A stretch of 64,000 bases of DNA from Chryseobacterium sp. (GTDB lineage Bacteria; Bacteroidota; Bacteroidia; Flavobacteriales; Weeksellaceae). The stretch spans positions 10,684 through 74,683 of the forward strand of contig JBCNLQ010000011.1 in NCBI GenBank assembly GCA_039595375.1, in the 5' to 3' direction. The notes below the pieces were generated by a model. The model ran no database searches and was not told where the DNA came from. It was given only the letters and a program-made list of their open reading frames with translations. The translations under genes and the position numbers were made by a program. The number at the start of each line of letters is the position of its first letter. Position 1 is the stretch's first letter. Shown piece after piece: positions 17,818 to 27,481 of this stretch.

Positions 17818-20106
17818 ATGAATAAGTCGATTATTTCCGCAAGTCTAATTTTCATTTCACTTTCTGCGTATTCTCAGAAAGGCGGACAAAATGATAAAGA
17901 CACCATCAGGATTCAACAAATTGAAGATGTAGCTTTGCACAAAACGGGCAATCCAAACAAGGCTAAAACACCTACTTCAAAATCAAATCTAACAACGATG
18001 GAAAATCCTCAACCGATTTCCATTGTAACTCACGAGATTATTGAGCAACAGCAAATCCGCCAATTGTCGGAAGTTATTCAGAATGTCAATGGCTTGTATG
18101 TTACTTCTTCAAGAGGAAATTCTCAGGCCAGTTTCGGAGGAAGAGGTTTTACTTTTGGATCTGAGAATCTATATAAAAATGGTGCAAGAATCAATAGTGG
18201 TGTGAATCCTGAAGTTTCCGGATTGGAACGCGTAGAAGTTGCCAAGGGTGCAAACGCTTTGTTATACGGTAATGTTGCGGCTGGCGGGATTATCAATATG
18301 ATTACAAAAAAACCAATTTTCAAATCTGGCGGAATGATTGGTTTCTCCGCAGGAAGCTGGGATACTTACAAACCAACGGTGGACATCTATGGACCATTGA
18401 CGGAAAAAATAGCTTTCCGCGTGAATGGTACTTATGAAAAAGCCAACAGTTTCCGCGATGTGGTAAGTTCCGAAAAATATTATTTCAATCCATCTTTTGC
18501 TTTCAACATTGGTTCTAAAACTCAGATTATTGTAGAGGCAGATTATCTTCAGAATAATTTTACGCCAGATTTCGGACTGGGAACCTTTGAAAATCCGGAC
18601 AAAAGTTATGTTTTGAACACCATTTCGCCCATCAATACTTTTTTTGGTGCAGATTGGCAGTATCAAAATGTGAAACAAGCTTCTACAGATATTATTGTGA
18701 ATCATCAGTTCAACGAAAAATGGACTTTAAATGCTGTAATTGCTTATCAGAACTACACGAGAGATTATTTCTCTACAGAACGTACGGCTTGGACTCAAAA
18801 CAATAATCGTTACAGATGGACAAGAAATCTTAATAAAACTTATAATGAGCAAAACTATACCAGTGCACAAGTGAATATCAATGGTGAATTTTTCACCGGG
18901 AAAATAAACCATAAAATTTTAATTGGAGCTGATGCGGATTATCTAACTTCTGATGCTTATAGATTTTATGATCCCAACAGACCAAAGGCAACAACTAATC
19001 CGAATGTATTGCCATTTGATATTTTTGGAACATCTTATTTATTTGGAACCAACGGTAATTCTAATGGTTTTGTTTATTTAGACGATCCAAATTCCTGGAA
19101 TGGCGGAACGCAACCATCTGCTATAAAATACGATAAGACAAGGATCCCAACCAGAAGAATCGGAATCTACGCTCAGGATTTCATCAGCCTTACAAAAGAA
19201 CTGAAAGTCATTGCCGGACTGAGATATTCATATCTTGAAAATATGCCGACTTTGGTTACTGATTTTTATAAAAACACCAAGTCTGAAACGCCTAACTCAG
19301 CCACTTCAGACAGAGCTATCTCACCAAAAGCGGGATTGGTCTATATGCCGAATGACAATATATCGGTTTTCGCCACCTACACCAATTCATTCTCTCCAAA
19401 CACAGGCCGTGATGTGAATACCGATACAGGTCTGAAGCCAAGTATCATCGATCAATTTGAAGTCGGAATTAAGAAAAATGTTTTGAACAATGCGGTGGCA
19501 TTCAACGTTTCAGCTTATCAAATCCTAAATAAAAATTTCTATCAGCAAGCTCAATTCAAATTAGATGGAACTGCAAATAGTGACACTAATATCAAAGAAT
19601 TCGCAGGAAAACTATTAAGCAGGGGTGTTGAAGCCGATATCACGGGAAATCCAACGAAAAATATCTCCATCATCGCCGGATTTGCCTACAATCACGCGGT
19701 TTATAAAGATACACCAGAGATTTTTGGCTATGTCGAAAAACAAAGGGTGGTGAGAACGCCGGCTACAACGGTGAACGGTTCCGTGTTCTATACATTCGAT
19801 AAATGGGTGAAAGGTCTTAGACTTGGCGGAACATATTATTTCATTGGAGACCGACTTGCTGGCTGGAATGATACGAAAACCGGCGCAAACACAAGCTTAG
19901 AAGCAAGAAACGGTGTTTCGAGAATATTTAAACTAAAAGATTACAACATCTTCGATCTTTCTGTAGGATATGATTATAAAAAGTTCTTGATTCAGGGTAA
20001 GATTGGAAATCTTTTTAACACTCATAATTACACCGTTCATGAGAACTATTCCGTGAACCCGATTATGCCAAGAAATGTTTACGTGACTTTGACGTACAAA
20101 CTTTAA
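17818..20106 (+). CDS. TonB-dependent siderophore-type receptor
   Basis: Signal peptide; plug motifs (NVNG...RGF, LERVEVAKGANALLYG); C-terminal NLFN...PRNVYVTLTYKL. Confidence 0.92.
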   Translation: MNKSIISASLIFISLSAYSQKGGQNDKDTIRIQQIEDVALHKTGNPNKAKTPTSKSNLTTMENPQPISIVTHEIIEQQQIRQLSEVIQNVNGLYVTSSRGNSQASFGGRGFTFGSENLYKNGARINSGVNPEVSGLERVEVAKGANALLYGNVAAGGIINMITKKPIFKSGGMIGFSAGSWDTYKPTVDIYGPLTEKIAFRVNGTYEKANSFRDVVSSEKYYFNPSFAFNIGSKTQIIVEADYLQNNFTPDFGLGTFENPDKSYVLNTISPINTFFGADWQYQNVKQASTDIIVNHQFNEKWTLNAVIAYQNYTRDYFSTERTAWTQNNNRYRWTRNLNKTYNEQNYTSAQVNINGEFFTGKINHKILIGADADYLTSDAYRFYDPNRPKATTNPNVLPFDIFGTSYLFGTNGNSNGFVYLDDPNSWNGGTQPSAIKYDKTRIPTRRIGIYAQDFISLTKELKVIAGLRYSYLENMPTLVTDFYKNTKSETPNSATSDRAISPKAGLVYMPNDNISVFATYTNSFSPNTGRDVNTDTGLKPSIIDQFEVGIKKNVLNNAVAFNVSAYQILNKNFYQQAQFKLDGTANSDTNIKEFAGKLLSRGVEADITGNPTKNISIIAGFAYNHAVYKDTPEIFGYVEKQRVVRTPATTVNGSVFYTFDKWVKGLRLGGTYYFIGDRLAGWNDTKTGANTSLEARNGVSRIFKLKDYNIFDLSVGYDYKKFLIQGKIGNLFNTHNYTVHENYSVNPIMPRNVYVTLTYKL

Positions 20107-20189
20107 TAAATTATCAAATCAAATTTCTAAAAATGAAAGTGGAGTCATACATTTGTCTCCACTTTTCAAATTAAAAAACAAAAACAACA

Positions 20190-20705
20190 ATGGATAAAAT
20201 CAAGGATACCAAAACGTTTATGAGAATCACGCACCGATATTTGGGCTATTTTTTGGCTGGAATAATGGCTGTTTATGCAATTAGTGGCGTTTTGCTGGTT
20301 TACAGAGATACAGATTTTCTTAAAAAAGAAAAAAGTTATGAGAAGAAATTCGAGGCTAATTTGGATGAGAAGAAACTGGGAAAGGAAATCAAGATCAAAG
20401 GTTTTGAAGTGGAGAAAACAGAAGGCGATGTAATGTTTTTCAAACAAGGGACTTACAACATGAAAACTGGTGAAGCAAAATATTCTAAAAAAGAATTACC
20501 ATTCGTTTTAGACAAAATGACGAAACTTCACAAAGCTCAATCCAAAGACACACTTTCTCCGCTGAATACATTTTTCGGAATTTCCTTATTTTTCTTCGTA
20601 ATTTCTAGTTTCTGGATGTTTAATCCTAAGACCAAAGCTTTCAAACGTGGAATGGTTTTCACAGCGATTGGATTGGTAATCGCTTTGGTTTTGACATTTA
20701 TCTAA
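20190..20705 (+). CDS. PepSY-associated TM-helix protein
   Basis: RITHRYLGYFLAGIMAVYAISG...KLHK...SSFWMF. Confidence 0.75.
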   Translation: MDKIKDTKTFMRITHRYLGYFLAGIMAVYAISGVLLVYRDTDFLKKEKSYEKKFEANLDEKKLGKEIKIKGFEVEKTEGDVMFFKQGTYNMKTGEAKYSKKELPFVLDKMTKLHKAQSKDTLSPLNTFFGISLFFFVISSFWMFNPKTKAFKRGMVFTAIGLVIALVLTFI

Positions 20706-20709
20706 AGAA

Positions 20710-22002
20710 TCAGATAAGATGTAGAGCTTTCAATAAAACATTCAGGCTCCAGATAATTACCATTGAACCAACACCGATAAACATTATCTTTAAGGGTAAT
20801 TTTCCTGCTAATCTTGCGGCGATTGGCGCAGCAAGAACGCCACCTAAAATCAAAGCAGTAATCAATTGCCAATGACTGATTCCGATAACTGAAAAGAATG
20901 TCAATGCACTGGCAAAAGTGACGAAAAACTCAGTCAAACTCACTGTTCCAATGATGTATCGAGGTGTTTTTCCTTTGGAGATTAAAGTTGAAGTAACCAA
21001 TGGTCCCCAACCACCGCCACCAAAGGAATCGAGGAAGCCTCCTGCTCCAGCAAGCCAACCAACTCTTCTGGTCTTTTTACGTTTCTTATTTTTCTTGAAT
21101 GCATTGAACAAAATTCTTATTCCAAGAATGAATGTGTAAGTTGCCAAAATCGGTTTGATAATCCCAGCATATTTCTCTCCGAAATAAGCTAACAATAATG
21201 CTCCTAAAACAGCTCCGATAACACCCGGAATCAAAATATTTTTGAATAATTTCTTATTGATATTGCCGAATTTGTAATGGCTAAATCCGGAAGCGCCACT
21301 CGAAAACATCTCGGCTGTGTGAATACTGCTGCTGATTGCAGGCAAAGGAATCCCGATATACAAAAGCGCTGCTGTGCAAGTTACGCCATAACCCATTCCC
21401 AAGGCTCCATCAATCAACTGAGCTAAAAACCCTACCAAGAATAACCAGAAAAACCGCTCGTCCGTATTATGATTCAGATATTGATAAGCGACTTGCAAAT
21501 CCTTGAATCCGATATAAAATGATAGAATATTTCCTATTAATAAAAGAACAAAAGCCAAAAAGAAAATCGTTGCAATTCTCCGCCATTTCTTTTCTCCATT
21601 AATAATGGAAAGAGATTTCCTCTCTTGTGAATTGTTATTTCCACGGTAGAAAAAATCATTTTCCGAGGGAAGACTTGGAGCAAAATATAAGTTTTTTCTT
21701 TCCTTGATTTTACTAATTATCAATTGGTCCTGAGCAGAATCTTCTGTCGCCACAATGAATAAATCTGCAATCTCTAAGTAAGAATCATCAAAATCTTCAT
21801 TGATAATCTTGACCGATGTATTTTCCAACAACAGGTTTTTAATATCATCAGAAAGTCTTTTGGCAAGAACGCTGATATTCCCATCCGGAATATTCTGCAT
21901 CAAATCATTGAGCTGTTCCGAGGCCAACTTTCCACCACCGACAATCAGGATTCTGTTAGTCGATGCGTTGATGAAAACCGGAAGTGAAATTTTTGATGTC
22001 AA
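20710..22002 (-). CDS. Fusion of a CysG-N-like NAD-binding domain and a TauE/SafE (TSUP) sulfite exporter
   Basis: N-term LPVF...ILIVGGGKLA...LFIVATED; C-term AQLIDGALGMGYG, GGFLDSFGGGGWGP. Confidence 0.8.
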   Translation of the reverse strand: MTSKISLPVFINASTNRILIVGGGKLASEQLNDLMQNIPDGNISVLAKRLSDDIKNLLLENTSVKIINEDFDDSYLEIADLFIVATEDSAQDQLIISKIKERKNLYFAPSLPSENDFFYRGNNNSQERKSLSIINGEKKWRRIATIFFLAFVLLLIGNILSFYIGFKDLQVAYQYLNHNTDERFFWLFLVGFLAQLIDGALGMGYGVTCTAALLYIGIPLPAISSSIHTAEMFSSGASGFSHYKFGNINKKLFKNILIPGVIGAVLGALLLAYFGEKYAGIIKPILATYTFILGIRILFNAFKKNKKRKKTRRVGWLAGAGGFLDSFGGGGWGPLVTSTLISKGKTPRYIIGTVSLTEFFVTFASALTFFSVIGISHWQLITALILGGVLAAPIAARLAGKLPLKIMFIGVGSMVIIWSLNVLLKALHLI

Positions 22003-22076
22003 ATTTTTAATTTTTTAAACAGACTTCGAGAAGCCTTCGAGAAGCTCAGGATAACAATTACCAAGAAATGCTATAA

Positions 22077-23315
22077 TTACTGAATCAAACCTGCGCCCAC
22101 CGTTACTAAACTAGATTCATCGATAAAGATAATGCCACCATTGGACGCCAAATCTTTATACGAATCATAAGCCAAAGGTTTTGCGGTTTTCAGTTTTAAT
22201 TTTACAATTTCATTGAGGGAGACCTGTTCCACTTCTTGCTTTTCCAAAGTATTGACATCCAGTTTGTATTCAATTTCTTTGATAACCGCTTTGACTTGTG
22301 TGGTATTATTTTGAATCAAATATTTTGCACCAGATTTCAAAGGTTTGTCACCCATCCAGCAGACCAAAACTTCCAATTCCTGCTCTACTTTTGGCAGGTC
22401 TTCAGATTTTACAATCAAATCGCCACGGCTGATATCGACATCATTCTCCAAATGCAAAACCACACTTTGAGGCGCAAAAGCTTCTTCCACATTTTGCTGA
22501 TTGATTTCAATCGCAGAAATCTTACTTTCTGTTCCTGAAGGTAAAACCGTTACCGAATCTCCAACTTTGTAAATCCCGCTGGTGATTTTTCCGGCATAAC
22601 CACGGTAATCGTGCAGGTCATCCGTCTGAGGACGAATCACGTACTGAACAGGAAATCTAGCTTTATCCAAATTGATGGTATTTTCTAATTCTACAGATTC
22701 CAGATAATCGAGTAAAGTTTTTCCTTCATACCAATTAAGGTTTTCGGATTTATCAACAATATTGTCGCCGTCTAATGCTGAGATTGGAATGTAAACGACA
22801 TTGTTCAAAGACAATTGCTCTGCTATTTTGGAATAATCTGCTTTGATTTGATTGAAAATTTCTTCTGAATAATCAACCAAATCCAGCTTGTTAATCGCCA
22901 CTACAACATTCGGAATATTGAGTAATGATGCAATAATCGAATGTCTTTTGGTTTGTTCGATGATTCCGTTTCTGGCGTCAATCAGGATAATAATCAAATC
23001 CGAATTGCTGGCTCCTGTAATCATATTTCGGGTGTACTGTACGTGTCCAGGTGCATCTGCAATGATGAATTTACGTTTCGGTGTGGAGAAATATTTGTAA
23101 GCAACGTCAATTGTAATTCCTTGTTCACGTTCGGCTCTCAGACCATCTGTTAACAAAGCTAAATCAAGTTCGCCCTCGTTTTTGAATTTACTGGCGCGTT
23201 CAACGGCTTCTAATTGGTCTATCAGAATGTTTTTACTGTCGTATAATAATCTGCCTATCAGTGTACTTTTTCCGTCGTCTACACTTCCTGCAGTGATGAA
23301 TCTTAATATGTCCAT
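22077..23315 (-). CDS. cysN: Sulfate adenylyltransferase subunit 1
   Basis: GSVDDGKSTLIGRLL, EREQGITIDVAY, DAPGHVQYTRNM; start placed at MDILRF. Confidence 0.96.
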   Translation of the reverse strand: MDILRFITAGSVDDGKSTLIGRLLYDSKNILIDQLEAVERASKFKNEGELDLALLTDGLRAEREQGITIDVAYKYFSTPKRKFIIADAPGHVQYTRNMITGASNSDLIIILIDARNGIIEQTKRHSIIASLLNIPNVVVAINKLDLVDYSEEIFNQIKADYSKIAEQLSLNNVVYIPISALDGDNIVDKSENLNWYEGKTLLDYLESVELENTINLDKARFPVQYVIRPQTDDLHDYRGYAGKITSGIYKVGDSVTVLPSGTESKISAIEINQQNVEEAFAPQSVVLHLENDVDISRGDLIVKSEDLPKVEQELEVLVCWMGDKPLKSGAKYLIQNNTTQVKAVIKEIEYKLDVNTLEKQEVEQVSLNEIVKLKLKTAKPLAYDSYKDLASNGGIIFIDESSLVTVGAGLIQ

Positions 23316-23407
23316 AGTTTTGATAATAGATAATTGATAGTTGATAAATGATTTTGAGAAACTTTTCCCAATCTCATCATTCATCATTCATAATTCATCA
23401 TTAATAA

Positions 23408-24316
23408 TTAAAAATAACCTGCTTTTTTTCTGTCTTCCATTGCGGCTTCCGAAGTTCTGTCGTCTATCCTGGTCTCGCCACGTTCGCTGGTTTTGGTGGT
23501 GATGATTTCGGCAATGACTTGCTCCAGATTGGTCGCTTCTGATAATACAGCTGCGGTGCAAGTCATATCTCCAACCGTTCTATAGCGGACTTTTTCTTTA
23601 GTAACGACATCATTTTCATCAAGATTGACAAACTCATTCATTGCGATGAATTGATTATCGAGATTCAAAACTTCTCTCTCGTGAGAAAAGTAGATTGAAG
23701 GTAATTGGATATTTTCTTTCAATATATAATTCCAAACGTCCAACTCCGTCCAATTGCTGATTGGGAAAGCTCTAACCTGCTCGCCTTTGTGGATTTTTCC
23801 GTTATAGGTATTCCAAAGTTCGGGACGCTGAAGTTTCGGGTCCCACTGACCAAAATCATCACGAACAGAAAAAATTCTTTCTTTGGCTCTGGCTTTTTCC
23901 TCATCGCGTCTTCCGCCACCGATGCAACAATCGAATTCAAATTCTTCTACCGTATCCAACAATGTAAAAGTCTGCAAAGCGTTTCTGCTCGGCAGTTTTC
24001 CTTTTGGTTCTCTCAAACCTTTCTCTTTGATGGTATCTTCTACTTTTCTTACGATCAGTTTTTCGCCAATTTGCTCAGCTAATTGGTCACGAAATTCCAG
24101 AACCTCTGGAAAATTATGACCTGTATCGATATGAACCAATGGAAACGGGAATTTCCCAGGACGAAAAGCTTTCAGCGCGAGATGTACCAGCGTGATGCTG
24201 TCTTTTCCGCCACTGAAAAGCAAGGCCGGACGTTCGAACTGACCAGCGACTTCTCGGAAAATATGGATGGCTTCGGATTCTAACTGCTCGAGGTAATCCA
24301 AATGATATTTTGACAT
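23408..24316 (-). CDS. cysD: Sulfate adenylyltransferase subunit 2
   Basis: LLFSGGKDS, GGRRDEEKARAKER, FPISNWTE, RYRTVGD. Confidence 0.97.
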   Translation of the reverse strand: MSKYHLDYLEQLESEAIHIFREVAGQFERPALLFSGGKDSITLVHLALKAFRPGKFPFPLVHIDTGHNFPEVLEFRDQLAEQIGEKLIVRKVEDTIKEKGLREPKGKLPSRNALQTFTLLDTVEEFEFDCCIGGGRRDEEKARAKERIFSVRDDFGQWDPKLQRPELWNTYNGKIHKGEQVRAFPISNWTELDVWNYILKENIQLPSIYFSHEREVLNLDNQFIAMNEFVNLDENDVVTKEKVRYRTVGDMTCTAAVLSEATNLEQVIAEIITTKTSERGETRIDDRTSEAAMEDRKKAGYF

Positions 24317-24334
24317 TTTAATCTTAATTAATTG

Positions 24335-25048
24335 TTATTTGTGAACGTGCAGACCACATTCTTTTTTACTGGCATCTTCCCACCACCAGCGACCTGCACG
24401 AAAATCTTCTCCTGGCTGAATGGCTCTTGTACAAGGTGCACAGCCGATGCTGACGAAACCTTTGTCGTGCAAAATATTATAGGGAATTTGATTTTTCTTG
24501 ATGTAATCTCTCACCTGTTCCGTTGTCCAAAAAAGGATTGGATGGTACTTGATGATTTGGTTGGACTCGTCCCATTCAAATTGCGAAAGATTTTCTCTCG
24601 CAACGGAATGTTCTGCCCTTAACCCTGTAATCCAGATCTTGTTGTCTTTCAAAGCTCTTTTCAACGGATGAACTTTTCTAATATCACAACAAGTTTTTCT
24701 GTTCTCCATAGACCTGTAAAAAGAATCCGGTCCATTTTCCTGAATAAATGGCTCTAATTCTGCCGGATCCGGATAAAAAGCTTTGATATTGATCTTGTAC
24801 TTTGACCTTGTCAAAGTCCAGGTGTTGTAAGTTTCTTCGAATAGTCTGCCTGTATCTAATGTGAAAATTTTGATTGGCAAATCCTTAACCAAATCTGTAA
24901 TGACCTGATCTTCGAAACTAAAACTTGTTGAGAAGCAAACTTTGCCGGGAAATCGTGATATTAATTTTTGGAGAATTTCTTGATTCGAAAAATCCTGCAA
25001 ATTACTTTTTATTAAACTATCAAAATTTAATTTTAAATCCTCATCCAT
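24335..25048 (-). CDS. cysH: APS/PAPS reductase
   Basis: TLDTGRLF, CCDIRKVHPL, SIGCAPCT, RAGRW, ECGLH. Confidence 0.95.
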   Translation of the reverse strand: MDEDLKLNFDSLIKSNLQDFSNQEILQKLISRFPGKVCFSTSFSFEDQVITDLVKDLPIKIFTLDTGRLFEETYNTWTLTRSKYKINIKAFYPDPAELEPFIQENGPDSFYRSMENRKTCCDIRKVHPLKRALKDNKIWITGLRAEHSVARENLSQFEWDESNQIIKYHPILFWTTEQVRDYIKKNQIPYNILHDKGFVSIGCAPCTRAIQPGEDFRAGRWWWEDASKKECGLHVHK

Positions 25049-25128
25049 ATCGATATACTTACAAGTTACAAATGTAGCAATTCACGTATATCTGACCAAA
25101 TTAGTATAATTTAAAACGTGAAAAATAA

Positions 25129-26160
25129 CTAGTAAAATCTTCGTACATCAATATCTGACTCAATTTTTACATCATTCTCCAGAAAGTCATACATTATTTT
25201 TGAGAAAAAAGTTCCATTCAAAACACCTCTTGCACCAAGCCCGTTAAATATGTGGAGATTTTGAAAATCCGGATGGGTCCCTAATATTGGTTTTCTGTCA
25301 TTTACAGTGGCACGAAATGCTGTTTTGATCTTACTAATCGTAAAATCACTTTTATAGAATTCTTTGAGACCATTAGTCAGTTCCTCTACAGAGACTTGAT
25401 TAACTTCTTTAGTTTTATCAAAGCGGTCATAAGTTCCGCCGTAGTAGAACCTGCTATCTGCAAGGGAAAACAGAAAATGCTTTTTCTTGATAACGTATGG
25501 GTCGATTGTTTTATCAATTTTAACTTCTAAGCAATGACCTTTATTTGGGAGAACGGGAATATTTTGGAAATATGGATTAACGCTGATGCCCACACCTTCA
25601 CAAAAAATAATCTTGTCAAATTGACAGTTTTTATAATGCGAATTTGCTGTATCTAACAGTTCATAATCGAAATCTTCATCAATCAAATAACCTTTTTTAT
25701 CTAGATAATTGAAGAAGTCATTAAAGAAATTTTGGACATCAAGACGACACGATCTATCAACAATTCCACTTTCGAAATCATTTTCTACAGAATTTAATCT
25801 GATAAAATTATTATTTAAGTAAGGACTTAAACTTTCTTTATCCGAATTTTTAGCCCATTGGATTTTCTCGGATTCATTGTGAAAAATACGGACAACCGGT
25901 TCATTAATTAAATAATTTTTGGAAGTATATTCTTCAATTTCTGAAAAGAAGGTTAGAAGAAATTCCATCTGCTCATCAGACTTCCAAAAAGAAGTAAATC
26001 TTTTTAAAATAACAGGATTACAAACACCCGCAGAAATATGAGATGCAGAATCTCTATTACTACAAAATAATCTAAATGACTTATTATTTTTCAGCAGCTG
26101 GTGTGCAAAAAAAACACCTGCAAAACCACCTCCGACAATAATATAATCTACACTTATCAT
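25129..26160 (-). CDS. FAD-dependent oxidoreductase (DAO-like)
   Basis: IIVGGGFAG, NGLGARG. Confidence 0.85.
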   Translation of the reverse strand: MISVDYIIVGGGFAGVFFAHQLLKNNKSFRLFCSNRDSASHISAGVCNPVILKRFTSFWKSDEQMEFLLTFFSEIEEYTSKNYLINEPVVRIFHNESEKIQWAKNSDKESLSPYLNNNFIRLNSVENDFESGIVDRSCRLDVQNFFNDFFNYLDKKGYLIDEDFDYELLDTANSHYKNCQFDKIIFCEGVGISVNPYFQNIPVLPNKGHCLEVKIDKTIDPYVIKKKHFLFSLADSRFYYGGTYDRFDKTKEVNQVSVEELTNGLKEFYKSDFTISKIKTAFRATVNDRKPILGTHPDFQNLHIFNGLGARGVLNGTFFSKIMYDFLENDVKIESDIDVRRFY

Positions 26161-26165
26161 AAAAT

Positions 26166-26197
26166 AAAAAACCTGAGTAAAGATACTCAGGTTTTTT
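26166..26197 (-). terminator. Terminator after gldN
   Basis: aaaaaacctgagta / tactcaggtttttt IR. Confidence 0.7.
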
Positions 26198-26217
26198 TGT
26201 TTTGAATATGAGAAATA

Positions 26218-27432
26218 TTAGTAATTCCACAAATCGTTTTCCATTTGAAGAATCTGTGCTTTGATTCTATCACTTTCTTCTAATTGGCCTTCTGCATCAT
26301 TCGGTACATACTCATCAATAATCCCGCTTCCTCCTCTACCAAGACCATTATCTGTTTTGTAGATTACTGAGGAAAACCTTCTTAGATTAAGAACATCATC
26401 AAAAGTAATATCTGATGTAGAATTCTTGGCATTGAATATAAAGTTGCTCGTCAAAACCTGTCTTGCGTCTGGGTAATATATCCAGAACAAGTCAATCAAA
26501 TCTCCTGATTCATTTAGAATAGAAGGATCTACTGGAGCACCGGATTCCTGCATTTGCTGAGCTCTTTCTGCCTTTAAGATTGCGGCATTCGGATCTTCTC
26601 CCATAGCAGCGATACCCAATATTCTATATCTTAACTGAGTATCTCTTTTATCAACATACCACATCCCCATCAACTTTAACGCTTTCACTTTTTCACTTTT
26701 GGTTTCAGAAAAACCAACGTTAGCCTCGATATCACTTTTCTTAACTTTAAACCAAGAACCATCTAAATTAACAAGCATTGTTCCCGGCTCAATAACAGGT
26801 GCTTTAGAAGTTTTTTTAACTGTTTTCTTCTTTTTACCTTTACCAGTAGTTACAGTTTCTTCTGTTGCTGCTGGTTGAGCAGAACCGTTAAACTCAAGGA
26901 CATCTGCTAATCTAGTAGAATATTTCATAAACATACCATCAACCTGCTTGTTTCCTGTTCCTTTAACTGACGTGAAATATTTTTTAAGTCTCTCAGCTTC
27001 GGCATTATCTATCTTGTTGGCGTTCATTATTTCAGTGAAATAATTATCCACCATTGGAACAGATGTTGCGGCGGCAATACTTTCAGGAGTTAGTCTGCTT
27101 GTAAAATCATCACCATTATAGACCTCTTTAATTTTACCAGAATTAACGGCATCTAAGAGAACCTGATAGAGCGATTTATTTTGAGAAACCAAACCATCAG
27201 AATTGTGATAAAATGGCTGATTGATTTTATCATTCATATCAATAATCTCCCATACAACCATACTTCTCAAGACATCTTTATCTTCGATAAATCCGTATTT
27301 GAGAGTTGTAATACTATCTTTCTTCACCTCACGATCTTCTCTGAACGTCTGAGGAGAGTTAGCATTAAGAATGCTTTGTCCAAAAACCATTGTTGAGGAA
27401 AGACAAATTAAACTATATATAATCTTTTTCAT
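26218..27432 (-). CDS. gldN: T9SS periplasmic component GldN (with a long internal insertion)
   Basis: WEIIDMNDKINQPFY, GMWYVDKR, LFWIYYP, LRRFSSVIYK, LWNY; fourth gene of gldKLMN. Confidence 0.92.
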   Translation of the reverse strand: MKKIIYSLICLSSTMVFGQSILNANSPQTFREDREVKKDSITTLKYGFIEDKDVLRSMVVWEIIDMNDKINQPFYHNSDGLVSQNKSLYQVLLDAVNSGKIKEVYNGDDFTSRLTPESIAAATSVPMVDNYFTEIMNANKIDNAEAERLKKYFTSVKGTGNKQVDGMFMKYSTRLADVLEFNGSAQPAATEETVTTGKGKKKKTVKKTSKAPVIEPGTMLVNLDGSWFKVKKSDIEANVGFSETKSEKVKALKLMGMWYVDKRDTQLRYRILGIAAMGEDPNAAILKAERAQQMQESGAPVDPSILNESGDLIDLFWIYYPDARQVLTSNFIFNAKNSTSDITFDDVLNLRRFSSVIYKTDNGLGRGGSGIIDEYVPNDAEGQLEESDRIKAQILQMENDLWNY

Positions 27433-27481
27433 AATAAGTATTGAAATATAAAATCAATCAGATAAAACTGTTAGTTATTTT

